Below are positions 39,464 to 48,676 of a DNA stretch of 64,000 nucleotides, one piece after another. The DNA lies in assembly GCA_965250285.1 (NCBI GenBank), contig OZ252299.1, positions 2,208,001 to 2,272,000 of the forward strand. Direction: 5' to 3'. The DNA comes from Myxococcota bacterium (GTDB lineage Bacteria; Myxococcota_A; UBA9160; UBA4427). Every line of letters begins with the position of its first letter. The stretch's first letter is position 1. Below the pieces are notes generated by a model. The model did not search any database and was not told the origin of the DNA. It saw only the letters and a program-made list of their open reading frames with translations. The position numbers and the translations under genes were made by a program.

Positions 39464-40602
39464 TGAGCGCGTTTCGAGCGGCAGTCCTGTTCGCGACCCG
39501 GCTCATGCGGCATGAACGCGCGCGGCTCGTCGCCTCCGTGGGCGGCGTGACCTTCGCGTTGCTGCTGATGCTGTTGCAGCTCGGCTTCCGCAACGCGCTG
39601 CTCGACAGCGGGATGGAGCTGCTGCGCCAGATGGATGCCGACGTGCTCGTCGTCCACGAAGAGAAGAAGCCCTTCCTCAAGCGCGACCGGATCGCGCGCG
39701 AGCGGCTCTACCAGGCCCGCTCGGTCGACGGCGTCGAACGGGCAGCTCCGATCTGGATGGAGCGCCTGTTCTGGAAGAACCCCGTGACGGGCGTGGAGCG
39801 CGGCGTGCGCGCGATCGCCTTCGACCCCGACCAGCCGGTCTTCCTGAACGACGCGGTCGCGTCGCAGGTCGACCTCATTCGGCCGCGCGGCACGGTGCTC
39901 ATCGACGCGCGCTCCCGTCCGACCCTGGGCGCGCTCGAGCCCGGCCAGGTGACGGTGCAACAACGACGGGTCGACGTCGTCGGCGTCTTCGACCTCGGCT
40001 CCGACTTCGAGATCGACGGCAACCTCATCCTCTCCGAGGAGACCTACAACGAGCTGACCGGCTCGAGGGGCCAGACGATCGAGGCGGTGCTGATCCACGT
40101 CGAACCCGGTGCCGATCCCGAGATCGTCGCCGCCGACCTGCGCGATGCCCTGCCGGGCGACGTCGAGGTCTTCACCAAGGCCGCGATCGAGGCGCGCGAC
40201 CTCGAGTACTGGGAGACGGGCACCCCTGTCAGCGTGATCCTGCTCGTCGGTGTCTCGCTGGGCTTCGCGGTGGGTGTCGTCATCTGTTATCAGATCCTCT
40301 ACACGGACGTCCTCGACCACCTCGCCGAGTTCGCCACGCTCAAGGCGATGGGCTACGGCACGTGGTTCTTCAGGCTCGTCGTGCTCTGGGAGGCATGGTT
40401 GCTCTCGATGGTCGGCTTCGTGCCCGGCATTCTGCTCGGCTGGCTGATGATGCTGCTGCTCGGTGCGCTCTCGGGCCTGCCGGCCGGCTTTGATCTGGGC
40501 GACGTGATTCGCGTCGGCCTGCTCTCGGTGACCATGTGCAGCTTCGCGGGCGCCCTCGCCCTGCGGCGCGTCGAGCAGCTCGATCCGGCGGAGCTCTTCT
40601 AG
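39463..40602 (+). CDS. Second DevC-like ABC permease
   Basis: GVTFALLLMLLQLGF, CYQILYTDV...FATLKAMGY, ends DPAELF; TAGTG translational coupling. Confidence 0.9.
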   Translation: MSAFRAAVLFATRLMRHERARLVASVGGVTFALLLMLLQLGFRNALLDSGMELLRQMDADVLVVHEEKKPFLKRDRIARERLYQARSVDGVERAAPIWMERLFWKNPVTGVERGVRAIAFDPDQPVFLNDAVASQVDLIRPRGTVLIDARSRPTLGALEPGQVTVQQRRVDVVGVFDLGSDFEIDGNLILSEETYNELTGSRGQTIEAVLIHVEPGADPEIVAADLRDALPGDVEVFTKAAIEARDLEYWETGTPVSVILLVGVSLGFAVGVVICYQILYTDVLDHLAEFATLKAMGYGTWFFRLVVLWEAWLLSMVGFVPGILLGWLMMLLLGALSGLPAGFDLGDVIRVGLLSVTMCSFAGALALRRVEQLDPAELF

Positions 40603-41309
40603 TGGCGGCCGAAGGCATTCACATTCGCGGCCTCGACTATGCCTTCGGGCTCGGGGAGGCCTCGAAGCAGGTCCTGTTCGACATCGATCTCGACGTGGCA
40701 CCCGGCGAGTTCGTCATCATGACGGGGCCATCGGGCTCGGGGAAGACCACGCTGCTCGGCCTCGTCGGCGCGCTGCGTCGCCCTCAAGCGGGAGAGCTGC
40801 GCGTGGGGGGGCGTGACCTCACGCGACTCGACGGTCGCGAGCTCGAAGCGTATCGATCCCACCTCGGCTTCATCTTTCAGCTGCACAACCTGTTTCCGGC
40901 GCTCACCGCCGAGCAGAGCGTGCAGATGGCCGCCGACCTGCGCCCCGACATCGAGCGGGACGCCCACGAACGCATCGTCAGCTTGCTGTCGCGACTTGGG
41001 CTCGGTGAGCGACTCGACTACAAGCCCGAGCGCCTGTCGGGCGGCCAGCGACAGCGTGTCGCCATCGCGCGCGCCCTCGTCCATCATCCCGAGGTGGTGC
41101 TCGCGGACGAGCCGACGGCCGCGCTCGATGGAGCGAACACCGAGATCGTGCTCGACCTCTTCCGCGAGCGCGCCGCGCAGGACGGGACGACGGTGCTGAT
41201 GGTCACGCAGGATGCGCGCGTCTTCGACGCGGCCGACCGGTTGGTGAACCTGGTCGACGGACGCGTCGAATCGGACGTGCGCACGAACGGGGACGCGCGC
41301 CATGGATGA
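40602..41309 (+). CDS. DevA-like ABC ATP-binding protein
   Basis: GPSGSGKTT, LSGGQRQR, LADEPTAALD; H-loop reads VTQD. Confidence 0.92.
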   Translation: MAAEGIHIRGLDYAFGLGEASKQVLFDIDLDVAPGEFVIMTGPSGSGKTTLLGLVGALRRPQAGELRVGGRDLTRLDGRELEAYRSHLGFIFQLHNLFPALTAEQSVQMAADLRPDIERDAHERIVSLLSRLGLGERLDYKPERLSGGQRQRVAIARALVHHPEVVLADEPTAALDGANTEIVLDLFRERAAQDGTTVLMVTQDARVFDAADRLVNLVDGRVESDVRTNGDARHG

Positions 41310-42861
41310 GCGCACCGTCCTCGCCATCGACCTCGGCACGTCTCACGTGAAGGCCGCCCTCGTTCGCGACAACGGCCACATCGCAGCGTGCGCAACGCGA
41401 ACCATCGACGTGCTCTACCCCAAGCCCGGCTGGGCCGAGCAGGACCCGGAAGGCTGGTGGCAGGCGATCACGAGCGCGACCCAGGAGCTCTGGGCCGGCG
41501 GAGCCGATCGCGCGAATTCGGTGCAGGCCGTCGTCTTCACCTGCCAGATGTTCGGTGTGCTGCCGATCGACGCCGACGGCAAACCACTCGGCAACGCGAT
41601 GATCTGGCTCGACACGCGCTCGGCCGAGCAGGCCCGCGCGATGACGAACGGCTTCCCCAAGGTCGCGGGCTATGGCCTGTGGCGGATGCTCAAGTGGCTC
41701 CGACTGACCAACGGCGCGCCGAACCTCGCAGGGCGAGACACGATCTCGAAGTACATGTGGCTGCGCGAGAATCGCCCCGACGTCTGGAGTCGTACGCACA
41801 AGCTGCTCGACGTGAAGGACTACCTCGTCTACCGCTGCACCGGTCGCACCGTGTGCACCTACGACGCAGCGAGCGGGGGCTGGCTCTTCGATACGCACAA
41901 GGATCGCCTGCACTGGTCGGAGCCGATCCTGCGCATGCTCGACTTCGACGTGTCGAAGCTCCCCGAGGTGGTGAAGTCGACCGAGATCGTGGGAGAGCTC
42001 GAAGGCCAGGCCGCAACCGACCTCGGGCTGCGCTCGGGGGTCCCCGTCGCCGGTGGCGCCGGCGACGTGCTCTCGTGCGCCGTGGGATCGGGGGCGGTAC
42101 GCGACGGCGCGGCCCATGCGTGCCTCGGCACCAGCTCATGGGTCGCCGCCCACGCCGACGACCGAGCCGTGAATCCGTTGGCCGCGACCGGCACGCTCTG
42201 CGCGGCCGAGTACCGCAAGTACATCGTGATCGCGACACAGGAAACCGCCGGCGCCTCGCTCGAGTGGGCGCGCGACACGATCCTGGGCGGAGCCGACGCG
42301 GCCCCCTTCGACCGTTTGAACGCCCTCGCCGAAGCCGCGCCCGCCGGCTCGGGCGGCGTGTACTTCTTGCCCTGGATGATGGGGGAGCGCGTTCCGATCG
42401 ACGACGCCCACATGCGTGGGGGCTTCGTGAACCTCGCCCTCGATACGGAGACGAGTCACCTCGTGCGCGCGATCTACGAGGGGGTGGCCTACAACACGCG
42501 CTGGGCCAAGGGGATCGTCGAAGGGCTGATCAAGCAGCCGATCACATCGCTTCGCATCGCGGGCGGCGGCTCGCAGAGCGACGTCTGGTGCCAGATCATG
42601 GCCGACGTGCTGCAAGCGCGCGTCGAGCGCGTCGTCGAGCCCCAGTTCAGCGGGGTGCGGGGCGCGGCGCTGATGGCGCGACGCGCCCTCGGCGAATACG
42701 GCAGCCTCGAAGAGACCGAGTCGCTGATCGAGGTCGAACGCACCTTCGAGCCCGACGGCGCGATCGAAGCGCTTCACACCGAGCGCTTCGATCGCTTCAC
42801 CCGCTTCTTCAAGACGGCGCGCCCGTGGTATCGGCGAACGAACGCCCACCTCGACGACTAG
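41302..42861 (+). CDS. FGGY-family carbohydrate kinase (xylulokinase-like)
   Basis: LAIDLGTS, WAEQDP, IWLDTR, GAGD, LGTSSW, GERVP, RAIYEGVA, GGGSQS. Confidence 0.9.
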   Translation: MDERTVLAIDLGTSHVKAALVRDNGHIAACATRTIDVLYPKPGWAEQDPEGWWQAITSATQELWAGGADRANSVQAVVFTCQMFGVLPIDADGKPLGNAMIWLDTRSAEQARAMTNGFPKVAGYGLWRMLKWLRLTNGAPNLAGRDTISKYMWLRENRPDVWSRTHKLLDVKDYLVYRCTGRTVCTYDAASGGWLFDTHKDRLHWSEPILRMLDFDVSKLPEVVKSTEIVGELEGQAATDLGLRSGVPVAGGAGDVLSCAVGSGAVRDGAAHACLGTSSWVAAHADDRAVNPLAATGTLCAAEYRKYIVIATQETAGASLEWARDTILGGADAAPFDRLNALAEAAPAGSGGVYFLPWMMGERVPIDDAHMRGGFVNLALDTETSHLVRAIYEGVAYNTRWAKGIVEGLIKQPITSLRIAGGGSQSDVWCQIMADVLQARVERVVEPQFSGVRGAALMARRALGEYGSLEETESLIEVERTFEPDGAIEALHTERFDRFTRFFKTARPWYRRTNAHLDD

Positions 42862-43766
42862 ACCTGCCCGATCAGCACCAGGTAGTAGTAGAAGACCGGC
42901 GCCAGGAACGAGAACGCGTCGTAGAGGTCGAGCACGCCGCCCTGGGTCGGGATGACATCGCCGTAGTCCTTGACGCCTGCCCGGCGTTTGAGACGAGACG
43001 CGAAGAGATCGCCTGCCGTCCCCGCCGCCGCGACCAGCACACCCGAGCCTGCGACCTGCCACCAGGTGAAGTGCGGCACCGCGAACCACAGCGCGAACGC
43101 GATGCCGATCGTGCACAGGATGCCGCCGACCACGCCTTCGACGGTCTTGTTCGGGCTGAGCTTCGGGAAGATCTTGCGCTTGCCGATCGAGCTGCCGATC
43201 AAATACGCCGCCGAGTCGTTGACCTCGGACAAGCCGTAGTAGACGACGACGTAGCCGAAGCCGGCATCCATGCGCCCGATCTCGGTATAGAACGCGAGAC
43301 AGACGAACGGATAGATGACGCCGAAGCACGTCCGCTTGAGCCGAAAGACCGTGCCGTCCCGGTCGTTGCCCGCGGCGAATCGAAGGGCCTGATACACGAG
43401 CACGAGGCCGGGCAGGAGCCACGGCACGAGCCCCGGCCAGACCCAGCCCGCGAGCATGCAGACGAGACCGGTCGCGATGCCGCCGACCTTGAACGGCCGG
43501 TCGCCCCCGGCTTCGAACGTGCCGTACAGCTCCGACGTGGTGATGCATCCGAGCAGCACCGCCGCACCGAGCAGCCAACCACCGCCGAGGTACGCAGGCG
43601 CGAACGCGAAGGCGAGCATGCCGGCTTCGACCGCGAATCGGGTGCCCATGCGACTCTGGCTCTGGGATCGGCCCCGCAGCGCCATCTGCAGCAGGATGCC
43701 CGCGCCGGCGACCGCGAAGATCACGCCCAGCGTCCAGAGCAGCTTGATCGCGATCTCTTCTTTCAA
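42858..43766 (-). CDS. Phosphatidate cytidylyltransferase (CdsA/YnbB family)
   Basis: NDSAAYLIG, LSPNKTVEG, GDLFASRLKRRAGVKDYG..IPTQGGVLD; TTG start at 43766. Confidence 0.88.
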   Translation of the reverse strand: MKEEIAIKLLWTLGVIFAVAGAGILLQMALRGRSQSQSRMGTRFAVEAGMLAFAFAPAYLGGGWLLGAAVLLGCITTSELYGTFEAGGDRPFKVGGIATGLVCMLAGWVWPGLVPWLLPGLVLVYQALRFAAGNDRDGTVFRLKRTCFGVIYPFVCLAFYTEIGRMDAGFGYVVVYYGLSEVNDSAAYLIGSSIGKRKIFPKLSPNKTVEGVVGGILCTIGIAFALWFAVPHFTWWQVAGSGVLVAAAGTAGDLFASRLKRRAGVKDYGDVIPTQGGVLDLYDAFSFLAPVFYYYLVLIGQV

Positions 43767-43912
43767 CGTGGCCCCCCGGCGCCCCACCCCGCGCCGCGCT
43801 CGCAACGTAGCAACCCACCCCGGATGGCGGCAGAGCGATCGGCGCAGCGGTACTCTCCCGCGCGATCCAATCCACGCACCGCACGCACCCCCGGCGTGCA
43901 TCGGAGCGCCGC

Positions 43913-44545
43913 TTGATCGACGAGATGTTCAAGGATCAGATGGATCGCTTCTGGGATCACTTCGGGCGAGTGGTCGCGAAGACCGGCCTCACGCCGAACA
44001 TGGTGACGGGCGCGGGCATCGTGCTCTGCGCCGCGAACGCCCTGGCGTTTCCGTGGCACCAGAACTTCGTCGTCTTCGGCCTGCTCGTCGCCGCCATCGA
44101 GCTGCTCGACAACGTCGACGGCGCCGTCGCGCGCGTGACCGAGACCAGCACGCTCTACGGCTCGTACCTCGACGCCGTCACCGATCGGTACAAGGACTTC
44201 TTCATCCTCTTCTCGATCGCGTGGGTGACCGGCGCATGGGTGCCGTGCATGCTCGCGATCGCCGGCTCGATGATCACGAGCTACAACGCCGCTCGAGCAG
44301 CGCAGCTCGGCGCCCAGGACGACGGCGGCCAGGGCGGCCTGCCCGACCTCTTCGAGCGCCTCGAACGGATCGCGACGATCTGCGTGGGCGTGGTCTTCAC
44401 CGGCTTCCTCCCGAACGATCTCTTCTTCGGCCACGATCTGCTCTGGGCGGTGCTCTGGCTGGTCGCGATCCTCACGCACGTCACGGCCGTACAGCGCTTC
44501 GTGCGCCGCGGGCGCGTGTTGAGGCGCTTCGACGGCCCGTCCTGA
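43913..44545 (+). CDS. CDP-alcohol phosphatidyltransferase
   Basis: TPNMVT; DNVDGAVAR...GSYLDAVTD (DxxDGxxAR...GxxxDxxxD). Confidence 0.92.
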   Translation: MIDEMFKDQMDRFWDHFGRVVAKTGLTPNMVTGAGIVLCAANALAFPWHQNFVVFGLLVAAIELLDNVDGAVARVTETSTLYGSYLDAVTDRYKDFFILFSIAWVTGAWVPCMLAIAGSMITSYNAARAAQLGAQDDGGQGGLPDLFERLERIATICVGVVFTGFLPNDLFFGHDLLWAVLWLVAILTHVTAVQRFVRRGRVLRRFDGPS

Positions 44546-44580
44546 GGCCGAGCCAGAGGCGAGAGGCGGGGCGGTGGGCC

Positions 44581-46227
44581 CTACAGCTGACCGCCGATCG
44601 CGGCTTCGAGGAACGCGATGTTGCTCGCGTACTCGGTGATCGCCGCGAGCAGGTCGCTCTCGGAGCGGATCAGCTCTTCGTTCGCGTTCACGACCTGGAG
44701 GTTGCTGGCGAGCCCCATCTCGAAGCGCCCGAGCGCGACTTCGCGCTTCTTGCGGGCGCTCTCGACGGCGTGCGAGAGGCTCTCGATGCGCCCGAGATTC
44801 TCGCGCAGGCGAATCTCGAACTCGCGCACCTCGAGTTCGATATCGCGCTGGGTGCGAAACAGCTCGGTCTGCGCGACGGAGCGCACCCCCTCGGCTTCGC
44901 GGTAGCGTGCGCGGGGGGCCCGGTTGCCGATCGGCATGCGAAAGCTCAGCCCGGCGTCCCAGTTGTAGCTGGCCCAGTCGAAGCCGGGCTGGAACGTCCC
45001 GTTCACACCGAGTTCGGGCAGCTTGCCGTTGCCAGCGACGCGCTTCGCGAGCTCGGCTTGTCGAAGCTCTGCGCGCTTCTGCAGCAGCTCGGGACGGTTG
45101 CGCATGGCGCGTGCGATCCAGTTGCTCAGGTCGACGGGAACCGGCTCGAAGGGGATGGCACGCTCGGCGGCGAGGATCTCGATGCCGACGGGTAGACCGA
45201 TCACACGTCGCAGCTCGTTTCGACGCACGCGCCGCTCGGCGTTCGCGGTCGTCAGCCGGGCTTCGGCGGTTGCCGTCCGCACATCGGCGCTGAAGACATC
45301 GACCTTGCTCACCTGGCCCGCGTCGAAGAGCGCGTCAGAGGCCTCGACCAGCTCGTTGGCCCGTTCGAGTGCGCGTTCGGCCACGTCGACCTGCTGATTT
45401 GCGCGGATGACGTTGTAGTACGCGGCCTTCACCCGCGCCTTCACGGTGAGCATCGCCGTCGCGAGCATCGCTTGATTGATCTCGGCGCCGTACTCCGAGT
45501 CGATGATCTGGCTTCGAGCCACGAAGACACGCCCGCCGCGCAGCAGCGGCTGGAACACCTCGATCGAGAGCCCCGCGAGCTCGTTGCTGTTCACGAAGTT
45601 CTGCTGCTGGTCGGCCTGCTCGTTCTCCGCCGTCTTCTCGCGTTCGTAGCCCGCCCCCAGGCGCACGAAGCCGCCCGTGGGCACCTCCTGCTCCAGGAAG
45701 AGCAACGCACGCTGACGGGAGCGCGTCTCGTCGGGGCGGCCCCCCGAGCGCGCGCGGCTCCAGCCGTCGGCCTCGCCGGACGCGCCGAACGTGGGGTGGA
45801 AGCGCGCCTTCTGCTCGGCGACACCGGCCTCGCCGATGTCGACGCCGACCTGGGTCACCTGCACGTCGAGGTTGTTCACGAGCGCGAGCTGCAGGCACTC
45901 CTCCAGCGTCAGCTCGCGCACCTCGACGTCGGCCCGCTCGTCGATGGGCGCGGCGGCGGCGATGATCGCGCGCAGCTGACTCAGATCGAGCTGCTCGACG
46001 TTTTCGACCTCGAGCACGCTCGGCCCCGAGCGCGGCAGCGGCAGCGGTCGATCGAGCTCTTCGGCCGCGTCCCCTTCGGGCTCGGGCAGCCCGACCGGGG
46101 TGCCGGCCGCGCGGGCCGGATGCGCGGCGAGCGTCGTCGCGGCGGCGCAGGCAAGCGCCGCAGCGAGCGCGATGCACGCGCGGGTTCGCGTCCGTATTCG
46201 GCCCATGTGTCTAGAAGACCGTCCCAT
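44581..46227 (-). CDS. TolC-family outer-membrane efflux protein
   Basis: Signal peptide, LTLEECLQLALVNNLD, FQPLLRG, AMRNRPEL, RFEMGL. Confidence 0.9.
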   Translation of the reverse strand: MGRSSRHMGRIRTRTRACIALAAALACAAATTLAAHPARAAGTPVGLPEPEGDAAEELDRPLPLPRSGPSVLEVENVEQLDLSQLRAIIAAAAPIDERADVEVRELTLEECLQLALVNNLDVQVTQVGVDIGEAGVAEQKARFHPTFGASGEADGWSRARSGGRPDETRSRQRALLFLEQEVPTGGFVRLGAGYEREKTAENEQADQQQNFVNSNELAGLSIEVFQPLLRGGRVFVARSQIIDSEYGAEINQAMLATAMLTVKARVKAAYYNVIRANQQVDVAERALERANELVEASDALFDAGQVSKVDVFSADVRTATAEARLTTANAERRVRRNELRRVIGLPVGIEILAAERAIPFEPVPVDLSNWIARAMRNRPELLQKRAELRQAELAKRVAGNGKLPELGVNGTFQPGFDWASYNWDAGLSFRMPIGNRAPRARYREAEGVRSVAQTELFRTQRDIELEVREFEIRLRENLGRIESLSHAVESARKKREVALGRFEMGLASNLQVVNANEELIRSESDLLAAITEYASNIAFLEAAIGGQL

Positions 46228-46462
46228 GCCCCTGCACGAAACCGGCGATCGGCTTCGAGTTCCCCCTGGAGGCGACCGGGCCCAACGAGCCCCACATGCG
46301 GCGCAGGCACCGCGGACAGGACACGTCGAACAGCCGACGGATCGTCGCGCGGGCAGAGGCTAACACAGGCGCATTCCGCGTCGGGCGCGAGGGGCCTGGC
46401 GCTATGCTGCGAGCGGCATCCTTTCGTCTCGGTTGCCGCCGAGGCCATCGCTCGGAGCCCCC

Positions 46463-47716
46463 ATGACCGCGACGTTCTTCGCTCTCTCGATGCTCGGCGC
46501 GCTGCTGACGCTGAACGTGCACTTTCCCGTGCGCCGCGGGGGGCTCGCGATCCCCAGCTTCTTTCTCGGCTGGCTCGTCGGCGACCTCGCCGTGTTTCAC
46601 ATCGCCCTGCAGGCCATCGTCACGCTCTTCTTCGTCTCGGCCGGTGTCCTCGAGCACGGGCTCGGTCAGGCGGCGCTCGCGATCACCCTCGCATCATGGG
46701 TCGGCCTCGCATGGGCATGGCCGATCTCGTTGCGCGCAGGGCCCATCGCGCAGGCCGCGCTCGACGAGAGCATCGGTGGCGTCGACTCGGCCAAGCTGAC
46801 CAGCGACGAACGCGAGGGCCTGACCCACGAGCCGGGCTGGACGCGCGCGCTGCGTCCATTCTCGTTTCGGACACCGGGCGTGAAGGTGGTGCGCAACCTC
46901 GCCTATCACGACGTCGACGCCAAGCGTCACCGTCTCGACCTGTACCTGCCCGAGCGCGATGTCGAGCGGGCGCCGGTCCTGCTGCAGATCCACGGCGGGG
47001 CGTGGATGATCGGCGAGAAGCGCGAACAGGCGCTGCCTCTGATGTATCACATGGCCTCCCATGGGTGGATCTGCGTCGCCATCAACTACCGGCTCTCGCC
47101 GAAACACGCGTGGCCGGCGCATGTCGAAGACTGCAAGCGCGCCACCGCCTGGGTGAAGCAGCACATCGCTGAATACGGCGGCGATCCCGACTTCGTCTGC
47201 GTGACCGGCGGCTCGGCCGGCGGCCATCTCTCCTCTCTGGTCGCGCTCACCGCGAACGACCCGGCGTGGCAGCCGGGCTTCGAGGACGTCGACACGAGCT
47301 TCGCCGCCGCCGTGCCCTTCTATGGCGTCTACGACTGGACGAACGAGATGGGCTTGCAGGTGAACGAGTCGAAGGGGTTCATCGAGCGCCTCGTCGTGAA
47401 GGAGCCGTTCGAGGGCAACGAAGACGTGTTCAGGGCCGCATCACCGATGCACCGGATCCATGCGGACGCCCCTCCGTTCTTCGTGCTGCACGGCGATGCC
47501 GACTCGCTCTGTGCCGTCGAGGAAGCGCGGGGCTTCGTCGCCAAGCTGCGCGAGACATCGAAGGCCCCCGTCGCGTATGCCGAGATCCCGGGGGCGCAGC
47601 ACGCCTTCGAGATCTTCCATACGCCCCGCACGGTCGGCGTCGTGCCCGCGGTCGAGCGGTTCCTGTCTCAGGTTCACGGGGCCGCACGGGCGCGGCGACG
47701 CGGCGAAGCGGCCTGA
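46463..47716 (+). CDS. Membrane-anchored alpha/beta-hydrolase esterase/lipase (HSL-like)
   Basis: N-terminal TM segments; HGGAW, GGSAGG, HGDAD, AQHAF. Confidence 0.88.
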   Translation: MTATFFALSMLGALLTLNVHFPVRRGGLAIPSFFLGWLVGDLAVFHIALQAIVTLFFVSAGVLEHGLGQAALAITLASWVGLAWAWPISLRAGPIAQAALDESIGGVDSAKLTSDEREGLTHEPGWTRALRPFSFRTPGVKVVRNLAYHDVDAKRHRLDLYLPERDVERAPVLLQIHGGAWMIGEKREQALPLMYHMASHGWICVAINYRLSPKHAWPAHVEDCKRATAWVKQHIAEYGGDPDFVCVTGGSAGGHLSSLVALTANDPAWQPGFEDVDTSFAAAVPFYGVYDWTNEMGLQVNESKGFIERLVVKEPFEGNEDVFRAASPMHRIHADAPPFFVLHGDADSLCAVEEARGFVAKLRETSKAPVAYAEIPGAQHAFEIFHTPRTVGVVPAVERFLSQVHGAARARRRGEAA

Positions 47717-47719
47717 CCC

Positions 47720-48601
47720 GTGGCGACGCCGCCGGAGCGCGAGCGCATCCAGCGAGAGACTCAGCTCGCGCGGGCCCGCAACGTGCACCTCGGGATCCTG
47801 CGCACCGAGCTGCGGGGTCGATCCTACGAACGCTTCTTTCGCTGGGAGCTCGACGACCTGCCGCCGCACGTCGAGGCTGCGGTCGCGCAGGGCGAAGCCG
47901 ATGCGGCCGACGCGCTGCCCTTCGCCGACGCACACCGGCTGCTGGAGCCGGGTCCACTCGCGCTCGAGACCGGTCACACGCGCATGCGAGACGGCACCGT
48001 GTTCGTCGCCGTCTCGACCGAGTTTCCCGGCGCGACGCCCGAGATGATCGACTGGTGGTTCGCCTGGCACGGCGAAGAGACTGATCGCTACAAGCTCTGG
48101 CACCCCCAGGCACATCTGTTCACGCAATGGCGCTACGCGCGCGGCGCGACGCCGGGGCTCTCCGACAAGGCGAAGTACATCGGCAACACCTCGTGGGTCG
48201 ACGAGTACGTGGGCCCCGAAATCAGCCGTCTGGCGATCCGGTTCCGGCCGCCGGGCGAGCTCGGGCTCGACGAGGCGCGCTTCGACGAAGCGGGCGTCGG
48301 GACCGCGGTGTGCGCGCGTGTCGGCTTCAGCGATCGGCCACTCGACGCCGGCCATCTCATCCACCTGATGCGACGCACCGAGAACGGCTGCGAGATGCGC
48401 AGTCGCTTCTGGATCGGCGATCCGCACCTCCGCTTCCTACCCGAGGGCAACCCGCTCGATCGCGCACTCGCGACACCGACGGCGCGTGGCCTCATGCTGC
48501 CGAGACGCATGGGCCACCACCTGCTGATTCACTGCGCCGAAGAGATGAACCACCTGGCGCGGTTTCTGCCCGAGCTCTACGCGCAGGAGACGGGCCAGTA
48601 G
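47720..48601 (+). CDS. PhlG-like (2,4-diacetylphloroglucinol hydrolase family) protein
   Basis: TPEMIDWWFAWH, RYKLWHPQAH, VDEY, EMRSRFW, HCAEEMNHLARFLPELY. Confidence 0.82.
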   Translation: MATPPERERIQRETQLARARNVHLGILRTELRGRSYERFFRWELDDLPPHVEAAVAQGEADAADALPFADAHRLLEPGPLALETGHTRMRDGTVFVAVSTEFPGATPEMIDWWFAWHGEETDRYKLWHPQAHLFTQWRYARGATPGLSDKAKYIGNTSWVDEYVGPEISRLAIRFRPPGELGLDEARFDEAGVGTAVCARVGFSDRPLDAGHLIHLMRRTENGCEMRSRFWIGDPHLRFLPEGNPLDRALATPTARGLMLPRRMGHHLLIHCAEEMNHLARFLPELYAQETGQ

Positions 48602-48676
48602 CGCGGCCGCCCGAAGCTCTCGGCGCCACCGTCCGCTCCACCCGAAGCCCTCACTCGGCGCCCCGACGCGCGGGGG

